This document shows positions 1 through 9,137 of a stretch of DNA of 63,947 nt, in pieces (position 1 is the stretch's first letter; each line of letters starts with the position of its first letter). This DNA is from a virus (lineage: Duplodnaviria; Caudoviricetes), in IMG/VR virus record IMGVR_UViG_3300022602_000092, positions 1-63,947 of that record, one strand, 5' to 3'. The notes below the pieces were generated by a model. It worked only from the letters and a program-made list of their open reading frames with translations, made no database searches and was not told the DNA's origin. Made by a program: the position numbers and the translations under genes.

Positions 1-690
1 TCAAAATATCGTTCTTACAGACTTCACTTGGTCAGCAATCTAATATCACAAGATCTAGTTAAATTTGGCAAAGTCAGTTTATTTCTAGACAATTGGCGTG
101 AAACGATTGAAGATCCCAACAGTCTATTAGACCCCAAAGCCAAGGTAACAATATACAATACGCTAAAGAATGTGACAGAATCTTTAATAATTGATACAGA
201 TACACCCGACGGAACCCTCAGTGCCAATATAAAGTTAGAATCGTTAACTGATTCACTATGGCATATAGTCACTGAAACTGTTTACTTTCAGCCCAAACTT
301 CATTTAACAGAAAAAGTCTTCAAGCCTATTATAGCACAAAGACCCTTTATATTAGTAGCCGCTATGGGCAATTTGGCCTATTTAAAATCATACGGATTCA
401 AAACATTTGATCGTTGGATAGATGAGAGTTACGATCTTGAGCCGGATAATTATACAAGAATAGAAAAGATCACTCAAGAAATTGCTAGGCTTTGTGCAAT
501 GCCAATGCCACAGTTAAAGCAGATGCATGAAGAAATGCAGGAGATATTAAAGTTTAATCACGCTCACTTCTACGGTGAGTTTAGAACCATCATCACAAAC
601 GAACTAGTGGATAACTTTGGTGCTATTCTATCCAACAACAATTTGCTCTGTGATTATCTAGACGACGTCAAACAACGTCTACTAAAATAA
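1..690 (+). CDS. Glycosyltransferase family 10-like protein, 5' partial
   Basis: Frame open from base 1; IVTET...LTEKVFKPI...PFI...YLKSYGFKTF..WIDESYD motif shared with 33764 and 36161 paralogs. Confidence 0.55.
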   Translation, partial: SKYRSYRLHLVSNLISQDLVKFGKVSLFLDNWRETIEDPNSLLDPKAKVTIYNTLKNVTESLIIDTDTPDGTLSANIKLESLTDSLWHIVTETVYFQPKLHLTEKVFKPIIAQRPFILVAAMGNLAYLKSYGFKTFDRWIDESYDLEPDNYTRIEKITQEIARLCAMPMPQLKQMHEEMQEILKFNHAHFYGEFRTIITNELVDNFGAILSNNNLLCDYLDDVKQRLLK

Positions 691-712
691 ATACACTATC
701 AAGGAGATAAAA

Positions 713-1291
713 ATGGCACTAATCGATAGCGTATTAAATTTAGTAAACAAAAAAGCAAAAGATCCCGATGCACCAAAGCCGGCCCCAGGATCACGTAGTG
801 AGCGCGAAGCAAAGATCAAAGACAAAGCAGGTATGGTTATTAATATTTTTGCATTGTTGCTGGCGGTTAATACTTACTTTGGTAGTGGCTTTAGTAGCAC
901 AATAATGAACAACACCATCAAGGCCAACGATTTGTGGAATTTCTATCAAGCGAAAAGTATTAAACAAACTGAATATGAATTGGCCGCTGAGCAAATTGAA
1001 AGTAGAAATCCAGCACTAGCGGACAAGTGGAAAGCCAAAGCCGCCAGTTACGAAGAAGGCCCAGAAGGCAAAAAAGCACTATTCGAAAAAGCCAAGGCAC
1101 TTGAAGCAGAACGCGACCAAGCCAAGAAACGTAGCCCATGGATGAGTTATGCTAGTACTGCATTTCAAATGGCCATTGTTGTATTGTCTGCAAGTATTCT
1201 AGCAGTTAGTATGTACTTGTTTTGGGCCAGTTTTGCGGTAGCCGGTATTGGGGTACTGTTAATGAGTCAAGGATTATTGCTTTGGATTTGA
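713..1291 (+). CDS. DUF4337-like membrane protein
   Basis: TAAATA + AGGAG upstream; ANDLWNFYQAKSIK motif, N- and C-terminal TM helices. Confidence 0.7.
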   Translation: MALIDSVLNLVNKKAKDPDAPKPAPGSRSEREAKIKDKAGMVINIFALLLAVNTYFGSGFSSTIMNNTIKANDLWNFYQAKSIKQTEYELAAEQIESRNPALADKWKAKAASYEEGPEGKKALFEKAKALEAERDQAKKRSPWMSYASTAFQMAIVVLSASILAVSMYLFWASFAVAGIGVLLMSQGLLLWI

Positions 1292-1321
1292 TGGATAAAT
1301 AACAGTAACTAGGAGATAGCA

Positions 1322-1645
1322 ATGGCATATATACGCATCACAACGATGTCCAATCCCGATGGCAATTTTTCAAATGCGAACGATGCTTGGGCGAGTCGAT
1401 ATTCAACACTGACATCAGATCAATTGACCACTCTGGAGTCAATATCAAATCAGTATCCAAGAACAGTGTCATGGAATAACGAAACTAAAAAATTACTTAC
1501 AGTTGTAACTTTTCCAGACGAAGCGGCCCACGCCGCATGGTGTACTGCAAAAAGAACTGCTATGGGTGTAGCCGATGAGGAAAATACATTGCCGGTTGTC
1601 CCGGGATGGACCCAAGAGCCCCTAGTATTCAAAACAATTGCATAA
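1322..1645 (+). CDS. Hypothetical protein
   Basis: TAAATA and AGGAG upstream, 107 aa ORF. Confidence 0.7.
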   Translation: MAYIRITTMSNPDGNFSNANDAWASRYSTLTSDQLTTLESISNQYPRTVSWNNETKKLLTVVTFPDEAAHAAWCTAKRTAMGVADEENTLPVVPGWTQEPLVFKTIA

Positions 1646-1708
1646 CTACGTAAAATAATATTTCTGTAATATTCAAAAATATAAATACTTGCACAATTCG
1701 AGAAATAA

Positions 1709-2767
1709 ATGGCAAAAGTTCTATTCATCCTTAAGCGCCGCGAAGACTACAGCGCGGTGCACCACAGTCACCAAGGCCTAAGTACAGGTCTTTTCAACTC
1801 TGCTAGTTTTGTTGACACTATGTTAAACGAAAACGGCGTTCAAAGCAAAATGGTTGTTGTTCCAGACAATAATGCAATTGATCGAGAGGTTACGCTGTAT
1901 AAACCCACTCATGTTATCATTGAAGCATTGTGGGTTGTACCACAAAAGTTTGCAATATTACAAAAACTTCACCCCAGCGTAAAATGGATTATCCGTTTAC
2001 ATAGCGAGATGCCATTTATGGCTGGTGAAGGTATGGCCATGGACTGGATTGCAGACTATTTGAGTTTTAAAAATGTGTATCTTGGTGTCAATGCTCCGCG
2101 TATGCTGAGAGAATGTAAAAACTATTTGCAAATTAAATATCCCGGAAGAATATGGGATTATCAAATAATTTACTTGCCCAACTATTATCCGCAAGATTAC
2201 AAAACAAAACCCCTGAACAAAGACAAGGACGTAGTTGATATTGGATGCTTTGGCGCAGTTCGTCCTCTTAAGAATCATTTATTACAAGCATTTGGTGCAA
2301 TAGAGTTTGCTGATAGTATTGGCAAAAAACTTCGCTTCCATGTCAATGCCGGACGTATTGAAATGCAGGGCGGACCAGTGATCAATAATCTAAAAGGCCT
2401 ATTTCAGCAACTAAGTGACACCGGGCATGAGATGATAAATCATCAATGGACTCCAAGAGAGGAATTTTTAAAATTATGCGGTCAAATGGATATAGGCCTA
2501 CAAGTTAGTTTCAGTGAAACATTTAACATTGTGGGTGCGGATTTAATCAGTCAAGGAGTTCCGTTGGTGGGCAGTAGCGAAATACCTTGGGCAGTGACTG
2601 CTTTTACTGCTGACCCCACTAATAGTCAAGATATTGCCAGCAAATTAAAATTAGCATATAATATGCCCTGGTTGAATTCCAAAGCCAATCAATGGAGTTT
2701 AACACGTTATACAAATGAAACTATTAAAGTTTGGACTAAATACTTTAATAAAGGATACCAATCATGA
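1709..2767 (+). CDS. Glycosyltransferase (GT-B/GT4-like)
   Basis: FGAVRPLKN and SFSETFNIVGAD...GVPLV resemble GT4 C-terminal motifs; TATAAATA at 1680-1687. Confidence 0.6.
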   Translation: MAKVLFILKRREDYSAVHHSHQGLSTGLFNSASFVDTMLNENGVQSKMVVVPDNNAIDREVTLYKPTHVIIEALWVVPQKFAILQKLHPSVKWIIRLHSEMPFMAGEGMAMDWIADYLSFKNVYLGVNAPRMLRECKNYLQIKYPGRIWDYQIIYLPNYYPQDYKTKPLNKDKDVVDIGCFGAVRPLKNHLLQAFGAIEFADSIGKKLRFHVNAGRIEMQGGPVINNLKGLFQQLSDTGHEMINHQWTPREEFLKLCGQMDIGLQVSFSETFNIVGADLISQGVPLVGSSEIPWAVTAFTADPTNSQDIASKLKLAYNMPWLNSKANQWSLTRYTNETIKVWTKYFNKGYQS

Positions 2768-2967
2768 GTAAACACAGAGTAAGACTACACAAATGGGATA
2801 ACGGCATTTTACGTTCAGTTAATCATTTCTTTGATTCATACGAAGAGGCGATTGAATTTGCCAATAATTCTGATTCCCAGGGTGTTAAGATTTACAATGA
2901 TGATGGCGAACTAGTTCAATCTATGAGCCCTGCGCCAGTTGCTGATACATCAGCAGATGCATCTTAA
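2764..2967 (+). CDS. Small hypothetical protein (paralog of next gene)
   Basis: SD AAGGA; similar to 2977-3192 (HxVxxHKW..G.L...H.F.S.E.A..F...KxYN..GE). Confidence 0.75.
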   Translation: MSKHRVRLHKWDNGILRSVNHFFDSYEEAIEFANNSDSQGVKIYNDDGELVQSMSPAPVADTSADAS

Positions 2968-2976
2968 GGCAACACA

Positions 2977-3192
2977 ATGAGCCATAAAGTCAAAGTCCAC
3001 AAGTGGTTAGATGGTGCCTTACAAACTGTAGAGCATTTATTTGAATCCGCAGAAGCGGCTATGGGGTTTTTAGATACTGATGAGGGCAAGTATGCCCATG
3101 GTATCAAGGTGTATAATGAGACTGGTGAAATGATTCACGCATTAAATCCCGACATTGAAACTAATCTAGTTGCAGAAGCCGGCTACGCCTAA
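2977..3192 (+). CDS. Small hypothetical protein (paralog of previous gene)
   Basis: Similarity to 2764-2967. Confidence 0.75.
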   Translation: MSHKVKVHKWLDGALQTVEHLFESAEAAMGFLDTDEGKYAHGIKVYNETGEMIHALNPDIETNLVAEAGYA

Positions 3193-3902
3193 TCAATATT
3201 TCTAATTATAATCTCTGCTTCAGGGATTCTCGTATGCGTATTCTTACTACCCAGTAGCACAAGAATACGCTTTCCCACTTCAGTATCAAGCATCATAACC
3301 AAGCATCCACCAGAGGCTCTTATATAGCCAGTTTTGCTGACTATAATGTGTTGGTTATATCCAATAATTGGATTCGTATTGCGAAATACTATCCACTTTT
3401 TCTTGATCTTGATTTTTGCAGTGCTTGTGTGCGCTGCCGCATTGACAATGGGATATTTTGAGGCTTCCATCACCAAGTTGACCAAATCCTCTGCGGTGCT
3501 CACATTGAACACCGATAGTCCAGTGGGTTCTACATAGCGAGTATGTGTCATATACAAAGACTGGGCTTTTTCATTCATTGCTTTGACACAAGAATCTCGG
3601 CCGTTGGGGTAGTTATTGCACAAAGCGTCTGCGGCGCTGTTATCACTCTTGACCAGGGCCAATTGTATTAGTTGCTCCCGAGTATATTTTCCTATATGTT
3701 CATCGAGATTTTGATGAGCATCTATTACAACCATTACAGTCATCAGTTTGCTTATACTGGCAATAGGATGTACTTCATCGGTGTTTTCACCTTTGAGTAC
3801 ACGACCGTCTTCGTTGGCCACTAGCCAACTTGTTGCTGTTATGTCGTTTGCGTGTGCTGAAAATAAAGCCAGTGATAGTGCTATAGAGGTTAAAAAACGC
3901 AT
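3189..3902 (-). CDS. Peptidase S11 D-Ala-D-Ala carboxy/endopeptidase (PbpG-like), secreted
   Basis: Signal peptide; SxxK (IASISK), SxN (SDN) and KTG motifs. Confidence 0.9.
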   Translation of the reverse strand: MRFLTSIALSLALFSAHANDITATSWLVANEDGRVLKGENTDEVHPIASISKLMTVMVVIDAHQNLDEHIGKYTREQLIQLALVKSDNSAADALCNNYPNGRDSCVKAMNEKAQSLYMTHTRYVEPTGLSVFNVSTAEDLVNLVMEASKYPIVNAAAHTSTAKIKIKKKWIVFRNTNPIIGYNQHIIVSKTGYIRASGGCLVMMLDTEVGKRILVLLGSKNTHTRIPEAEIIIRNID

Positions 3903-4036
3903 TATTTGATTATGGATTGAATTGTGTCCAGCACTTCTTCTCCCACCTGGACCACTACGATTGATATTAATACTATTACACTGATTGTAACAAATACGTC
4001 AACAAATGTCAATGATTTTAGTTTATTTTTTATCAT
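3902..4036 (-). CDS. 44-aa single-TM peptide (not in ORF track)
   Basis: MIKNKLKSLTFVDVFVTISVIVLISIVVVQVGEEVLDTIQSIIK; ATGA overlap with upstream stop and TAATG overlap with downstream start. Confidence 0.6.
   Translation of the reverse strand: MIKNKLKSLTFVDVFVTISVIVLISIVVVQVGEEVLDTIQSIIK
3984..4012 (-). promoter_or_regulatory. Sigma70-type promoter
   Basis: TTGACA-N17-TACAAT upstream of the S11 peptidase. Confidence 0.6.
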
Positions 4037-4995
4037 CTCATACTCATAAAGTTTTCTAAAGTATCTTTGACGTCTTGAATTGTGAAATAGGTCTTGTGCT
4101 TGTTCTTGCCAAATGCAGGATTATCTTCCCAAATCTTGTTCATATTCAATTTTGTTCCGGGCAATCTTCCGCCACCTTTTTGGCCTATTATTGTGTTGGG
4201 ATCTTGGCCCACATACTTGGGTATGAATATACTCATGTAAAGATCTCCAGCATTCATACCGGGTCTGGAAGTCTTTTTAAGAAATCTATACACATAGTCC
4301 AGTTGTTGAGTACCGCTCATGCGTTTGAGTTCTTCAGTGCTTGTGCCCAAATCTCTGGCAGTTTCGTGTGTAAATTGTATAAGACCCACTGCTCCGGGTA
4401 TGCGTTGTCCGGTGTCTGTATGTGAATCAGGTGCTTGTATCGAAGGACTAAATGTACGTATGGTTTCATGACCCATAATACCAAGTAACGCATTTACTTG
4501 AAGTCCAAGTCGGCTTGCAACGTCTTTTAACTTGTCCATAAACCCGGGTTCGTTTAACGCACTCTTGGGATTATTGACTGCTATTGATTTGGGAACTTCT
4601 GTGGATTTAGTGGGTTCTGCCGCTTTTCGACTGTGTTCAATACCTTTGTCATCGGGATCTGCATATATACTTTTCCCTGGAACTACTGGTTTTTGTGCAA
4701 CTGGCTCTGGAGTCTTGGTTGAGCCAACGGGCGTAGGTGTGCCGTATTCCGGAATCTTTATTACTTGGCCCACTTCTAATTTGGTATTGGGAGACATACC
4801 ATTAAGTTTGTATATATCTTTGGGGTCTACACTAAGTTTTCTACCAAGAGAATATATTGTATCGCCTTTGGCAACTTCCAATTTATAGAAGTTTTCTTTG
4901 GGCGCCTTGGCCAATGCACCGCCGGTAGCGGCGACAGCACCTGCGGCTCCCAGTCCTCTTAAAAATCCTCTACGATCTATTTCTGTAATTTTCAT
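4033..4995 (-). CDS. LysM-domain lysozyme-like/lytic transglycosylase with Tat-like N-terminus
   Basis: Start MKITEI 4 nt after TAAATA; DRRGFL twin-Arg motif; LysM (VAKGDTIYSL..N..LEVGQVIKIP); HET...GAVGLIQF catalytic-like motifs. Confidence 0.8.
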   Translation of the reverse strand: MKITEIDRRGFLRGLGAAGAVAATGGALAKAPKENFYKLEVAKGDTIYSLGRKLSVDPKDIYKLNGMSPNTKLEVGQVIKIPEYGTPTPVGSTKTPEPVAQKPVVPGKSIYADPDDKGIEHSRKAAEPTKSTEVPKSIAVNNPKSALNEPGFMDKLKDVASRLGLQVNALLGIMGHETIRTFSPSIQAPDSHTDTGQRIPGAVGLIQFTHETARDLGTSTEELKRMSGTQQLDYVYRFLKKTSRPGMNAGDLYMSIFIPKYVGQDPNTIIGQKGGGRLPGTKLNMNKIWEDNPAFGKNKHKTYFTIQDVKDTLENFMSMR

Positions 4996-5060
4996 ATTGT
5001 ATTTAGTAGATTTCAACGAAGTAATATTAGATACATATTATAACACATAAATACTCTAAC

Positions 5061-5705
5061 ATGAAGCCCACAATTGCCCTGTTTATCCATGATCCCAAGT
5101 GCTCGGTCCAATCTGGAAACGGGATAATGAAGGCTTTGGGCACGCATTATAACTTCAAACTCTTCTCCAAAAATGTTGTAGAACAAGGATTCTTTGATTC
5201 TGTAGACATGATAGCGGTGCCTGGAGGTTTTGGTGACAGTGACAGTTACGACAATCTGCTAAAACACAACGAAAAAGAAATAAGAAACTACGTACATAAT
5301 GGCGGTAAGTATCTGGGTATTTGCATGGGCGCTTACTGGGCCGGACGTCATTATTTTGATATCCTAGAAGATGTTGAACCTGTACAATATATTCGACGCC
5401 CCGGTACGGATACTCGTCGTCCGCACGCCAAAGCCGTTGAGGTTACTTGGCAGGGCGAACACGATCGCATGTTCTTTTATGATGGGTGTGCTCTGGTGGG
5501 CAACAAACGTAGATTCAAAACTGTTGCCACTTATGCCAATGGCGATCCAATGGCTATAGTACAGGGCCAAATTGGCTTAATTGGGTGCCACCCCGAAAGC
5601 GAACAGTTTTGGTACGACTCCTACAAGTATATGAAACCTCATTGGCATCGGGGTCGACATCACAGACTACTATTAGAGTTTGTGGATCAATTAATGGCCA
5701 AATAA
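5061..5705 (+). CDS. BPL_N / class I glutamine amidotransferase-like protein
   Basis: VPGG, GICMGAY nucleophile elbow, HPE. Confidence 0.8.
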   Translation: MKPTIALFIHDPKCSVQSGNGIMKALGTHYNFKLFSKNVVEQGFFDSVDMIAVPGGFGDSDSYDNLLKHNEKEIRNYVHNGGKYLGICMGAYWAGRHYFDILEDVEPVQYIRRPGTDTRRPHAKAVEVTWQGEHDRMFFYDGCALVGNKRRFKTVATYANGDPMAIVQGQIGLIGCHPESEQFWYDSYKYMKPHWHRGRHHRLLLEFVDQLMAK

Positions 5706-5867
5706 TTAACGTTTTTCTCGTTTCTCTTTAACATCGTCAGCGTCAGCACTTTGTACAACAGGTGCAGGTTCAATATACTTGTCCCATATTATATTCCCAC
5801 TGTTCCACCCAAATACTGTAAAGAATCCCACTATTACTGAGCCAACAGTTAATTCTAGTATGCCCAT
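5706..5867 (-). CDS. 53-aa membrane peptide (not in ORF track)
   Basis: MGILELTVGSVIVGFFTVFGWNSG...; start overlaps stop of ugd-like gene and fills the gap. Confidence 0.6.
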   Translation of the reverse strand: MGILELTVGSVIVGFFTVFGWNSGNIIWDKYIEPAPVVQSADADDVKEKREKR

Positions 5868-6658
5868 TATAGTTTCCTCAACTTGTTATTTGTTTGTATA
5901 GCAGTTGACAACATGTTCATTTCAATGTCTGATTCATTGGCCATGTTGAGCAGTGCTGACGTATCCTTGGGGAAACATGCCCCACCAAATCCCCGTTTCC
6001 CGTCTGAGCCCGGGACTCGCCAATGGGTATATCCCAGTCGTTCATCACTTTCGGCAATACCTGCAACTGTTTCCCAATTGATGTTTAGTCGTTCACAAAG
6101 AGCCGCATATTCGTTGTTCATAACCACCTTCATGGCCAACATGGTATTGGCCACATACTTAAACATAGCGGCTTCGGCTACGCTACAATATTGCACATGG
6201 TCAGGCTCAAAGTAGGTATAGGGCACAATGTACTTTGCGGCTTCTTCCCAAAGTTTGGGCTTACTGCCGATAATAATGTTTATAGGATTGATGTAATCAA
6301 AGTTGGCCTTGGCAGCAGTTAAAAACTCTGGGGCATGTATCAGTTTTAGTCCCAGTTCATTTTCCAATCTTCTGTATGTAATGGGAGGTGCAGTACTTTT
6401 ACAAATAACAATACCTTCATAGCCCAGTAACTGTTCTAGCACAGTTTCCAGTATTGTGGTATCACATTCGCCATGTTCACTTTGTGGAGTTGGGACACAT
6501 ACAAAGATGGCTTCGCATTTGGCTTTTATTTTATCTATGGATTTTGATATTTCTGGGTATGCAGGATCGTGTATTTTGACTTTGATTTTGTCATATCCTG
6601 CAAAACTGTTTGCCACTGCCTTGCCCACAAAGCCATAGCCTATAATGCCTATCTTCAT
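5867..6658 (-). CDS. UDP-glucose/GDP-mannose dehydrogenase family protein (short, lacks C-terminal domain)
   Basis: GYGFVG Rossmann motif, VPTP, KST, PEFL, GFGGACFPKD. Confidence 0.9.
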   Translation of the reverse strand: MKIGIIGYGFVGKAVANSFAGYDKIKVKIHDPAYPEISKSIDKIKAKCEAIFVCVPTPQSEHGECDTTILETVLEQLLGYEGIVICKSTAPPITYRRLENELGLKLIHAPEFLTAAKANFDYINPINIIIGSKPKLWEEAAKYIVPYTYFEPDHVQYCSVAEAAMFKYVANTMLAMKVVMNNEYAALCERLNINWETVAGIAESDERLGYTHWRVPGSDGKRGFGGACFPKDTSALLNMANESDIEMNMLSTAIQTNNKLRKL

Positions 6659-6693
6659 TGAATCTCCTGTATTATTCGACGATTATACTACAA

Positions 6694-6993
6694 TTAAGTC
6701 ATGTTTCCTAGTAGGATATGATTACTTTTTTCACCAACTCCCAGTACACATGCCATTTTATTATTATATTGAACTAGACTCCAGGTATGTGTTTTAGTGT
6801 TAACAAATAGTATATACTTGGTTTTATCATCAACCCCTGTCCAAAATGGTTGCTCATTGCTGTCAGCAGTCAAGCCCTCAATTATTGTTTTGGGATCTGC
6901 ACAAACCATTTTCTTGTTGTGGGTACTGAGTTCTTTGGCGTGTGCTACTAAGCTGGTTAGGATTAATATCGACACCACTGCTAATTGACGCAT
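6694..6993 (-). CDS. Secreted hypothetical protein
   Basis: Signal peptide, two Cys, SD AAGGA. Confidence 0.7.
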   Translation of the reverse strand: MRQLAVVSILILTSLVAHAKELSTHNKKMVCADPKTIIEGLTADSNEQPFWTGVDDKTKYILFVNTKTHTWSLVQYNNKMACVLGVGEKSNHILLGNMT

Positions 6994-7011
6994 TGTGGTT
7001 CCTTTTGGTAT

Positions 7012-7263
7012 TTATTTGCTACTTACTTGGGTCGCAGTTTTTTCGCAAATATCTTCGTTCTTTATCATTATAGCACCGCCACAACGGTATTCGCAAATTT
7101 TTAAACCACGATTGGTGATTTGCGTGTCAATTAAATTGCAGGTTTGAGTAAATGCCGCAATGGGTGTGGGGTTGATATTGATAGTGACGTTTTTTGGAAC
7201 AAAAGGAGTAACTAGTGCCGCAGCCGTTGTTACTCCCACCAATAATTTACTTGGTTGCTTCAT
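7012..7263 (-). CDS. Hypothetical Cys-containing protein
   Basis: Abuts upstream gene; hydrophobic N-terminus, 4 Cys. Confidence 0.6.
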   Translation of the reverse strand: MKQPSKLLVGVTTAAALVTPFVPKNVTININPTPIAAFTQTCNLIDTQITNRGLKICEYRCGGAIMIKNEDICEKTATQVSSK

Positions 7264-9051
7264 TTAAAAATTCAATCTAAACTCCGCTTGTGCAAAGTTA
7301 CTGTGTTGCCACTGCGAGTCAACCTTTTGCGCTTGACCAATTGCTTTAATTAAGATGCTACTGTTGGTAGTTGTCTTGTAACTTAGGCCAGCACTGGCAC
7401 GAACAAAGTCATTGCTATCCTTACTAATCTCTTCATTGATGGACCAATTCTTAGAGATAGGAGTATTGATTGCAACACCACCTTCACCCACATAAGCAAC
7501 ATTGCGGTTAGATGCAAAACTAGCGGCACCTAGTGCACTACCAGTCTCATTAACGGCACCTGTGTTGGTATAAGTTGCACGATCACCAACAAATACACGA
7601 ACTCCATAATAGTCTGGAGTATAAATTCTAACGCCAAACCATTCTTCAGTACCTTTGTATGTGCCCGAGTTGATTAGATTCAATTGATTTAGTGAGTGAG
7701 TTGCATTGTAATTGTTTACGCTTGCACCATAATCAAATTTAAATAACCAATTGTCTACTGACTTGACTGCATAAATGTCAATCATGTCTTTGGTAAAGTT
7801 ACCGCTGGCGCTGTTATCACTTAACGCCATATTACTGTCTGCATGATTGTATTGCCAACCCAATAGGAATGTAGATGATTCCAAACGTTCCATACCAACA
7901 CCCTGAATGTGTGCGGTAGTATGGTAACCATTTGTACCAGTTGCCATCATCATATCATTCAAATACATGTCAGTATCTGACCCGTTACGCATTGTGATTT
8001 TGCCATTGTTGATGGCAGTACGTGCTAGAGGATCACTGTTTAATGCATGATTGATATCATCGCTTTGTTGACGCATTTGTGCATACATATCAATTCTAGT
8101 AGAATACAATTGATCAGTGGTCGCACTTGAAACCAATTCAGTTTGTGTTACTGTTGTAGCCACTTGATTTGCGGTTGTAGTCGTAACTGTTGATGCACCT
8201 ACAGAAGTTGTAGTGGAATTATCACTGTATGTTGTGACTGTAGTAGGGGTTGATGTAACAGTTGTTGTAATTGGTGTTGTTGCCGTTACAGTAGTTGTCA
8301 CAGGAACCACAGTAGTTACTACTGTATTTTTATCAATATTAATTGTGGTTTTGGCCTGTTGTTTGCTATAAGCTACTACAGCACTAACCGCAGGAGCACC
8401 ATCGACTACGGTGGTTGCGGTAGTTGTTGCACCGTTTGCAACTGATGTAGTAGTTGCAGTAGTGGTAGTTGTCCCTGTTACTGTAGGAGCAGGAGGAGTG
8501 CTTGGTGCACTGGAGTTTGCCTGTGCCGCAGTTTGACCAGCAGCCAATGGCAGGGTAGTTGCCGGAACATAATTGGCCAGTTGTGTGTTTGTGGGATTTT
8601 GTATTACATTGGTAAATGATGCACTACCACCTAGACTGTAACCCTGTCCTGTGGTAAACAATGTACCCCACATACCAGCACCGTTATAAAATATAGCGCC
8701 ATTTGCCAGTGCCGAAAAACTACCAGTATTGTCAATGACACGCACTTGTGTACCGTTATTATACACTGCTAGTCCATATGTGCCGGGATTGGTTGTACTA
8801 TTAAAAAACTGCAAGTAATCACCAGCAGATACATAAGCAGCAACTTGTGCAGAAGTTAATCTAGCATTAGTGGGTTGACTTGCGTATAGATAGTTAAATC
8901 CGGATACATTTAATGTACTACCGGAAATATACCATTGTACGTCAAATACTTGGTTAAAACTGAATTCTTCAGTTGTAATTTGGGATTGTGCCGAAATCGC
9001 GGCGATCAACAACGAAAAGGCCACAATGGCCTTCGAAAACATTTTACGCAT
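7264..9051 (-). CDS. Autotransporter-like outer membrane protein with Thr-rich stalk
   Basis: Signal peptide, long T/V-rich linker, C-terminal amphipathic beta strands ending FRLNF. Confidence 0.65.
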   Translation of the reverse strand: MRKMFSKAIVAFSLLIAAISAQSQITTEEFSFNQVFDVQWYISGSTLNVSGFNYLYASQPTNARLTSAQVAAYVSAGDYLQFFNSTTNPGTYGLAVYNNGTQVRVIDNTGSFSALANGAIFYNGAGMWGTLFTTGQGYSLGGSASFTNVIQNPTNTQLANYVPATTLPLAAGQTAAQANSSAPSTPPAPTVTGTTTTTATTTSVANGATTTATTVVDGAPAVSAVVAYSKQQAKTTINIDKNTVVTTVVPVTTTVTATTPITTTVTSTPTTVTTYSDNSTTTSVGASTVTTTTANQVATTVTQTELVSSATTDQLYSTRIDMYAQMRQQSDDINHALNSDPLARTAINNGKITMRNGSDTDMYLNDMMMATGTNGYHTTAHIQGVGMERLESSTFLLGWQYNHADSNMALSDNSASGNFTKDMIDIYAVKSVDNWLFKFDYGASVNNYNATHSLNQLNLINSGTYKGTEEWFGVRIYTPDYYGVRVFVGDRATYTNTGAVNETGSALGAASFASNRNVAYVGEGGVAINTPISKNWSINEEISKDSNDFVRASAGLSYKTTTNSSILIKAIGQAQKVDSQWQHSNFAQAEFRLNF

Positions 9052-9057
9052 TTTAGC

Positions 9058-9117
9058 TCCTTATTTTTATTATTATTGTCTAATAATGCACTAGTATTTA
9101 CACTGTGCGAATAAGGA
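9058..9117 (-). promoter_or_regulatory. Late promoter within an anti-SD/SD hairpin
   Basis: TCCTTATT...TAAATA...AATAAGGA(G) upstream of 9051. Confidence 0.5.
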
Positions 9118-9137
9118 TTTAAGTGCTTATAATTATA

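Noticed and set aside
8100-8500. GTT/GTA-rich low-complexity tract as a DNA repeat element
   Set aside because: Explained by the Thr-rich coding stalk of the 7264-9051 gene
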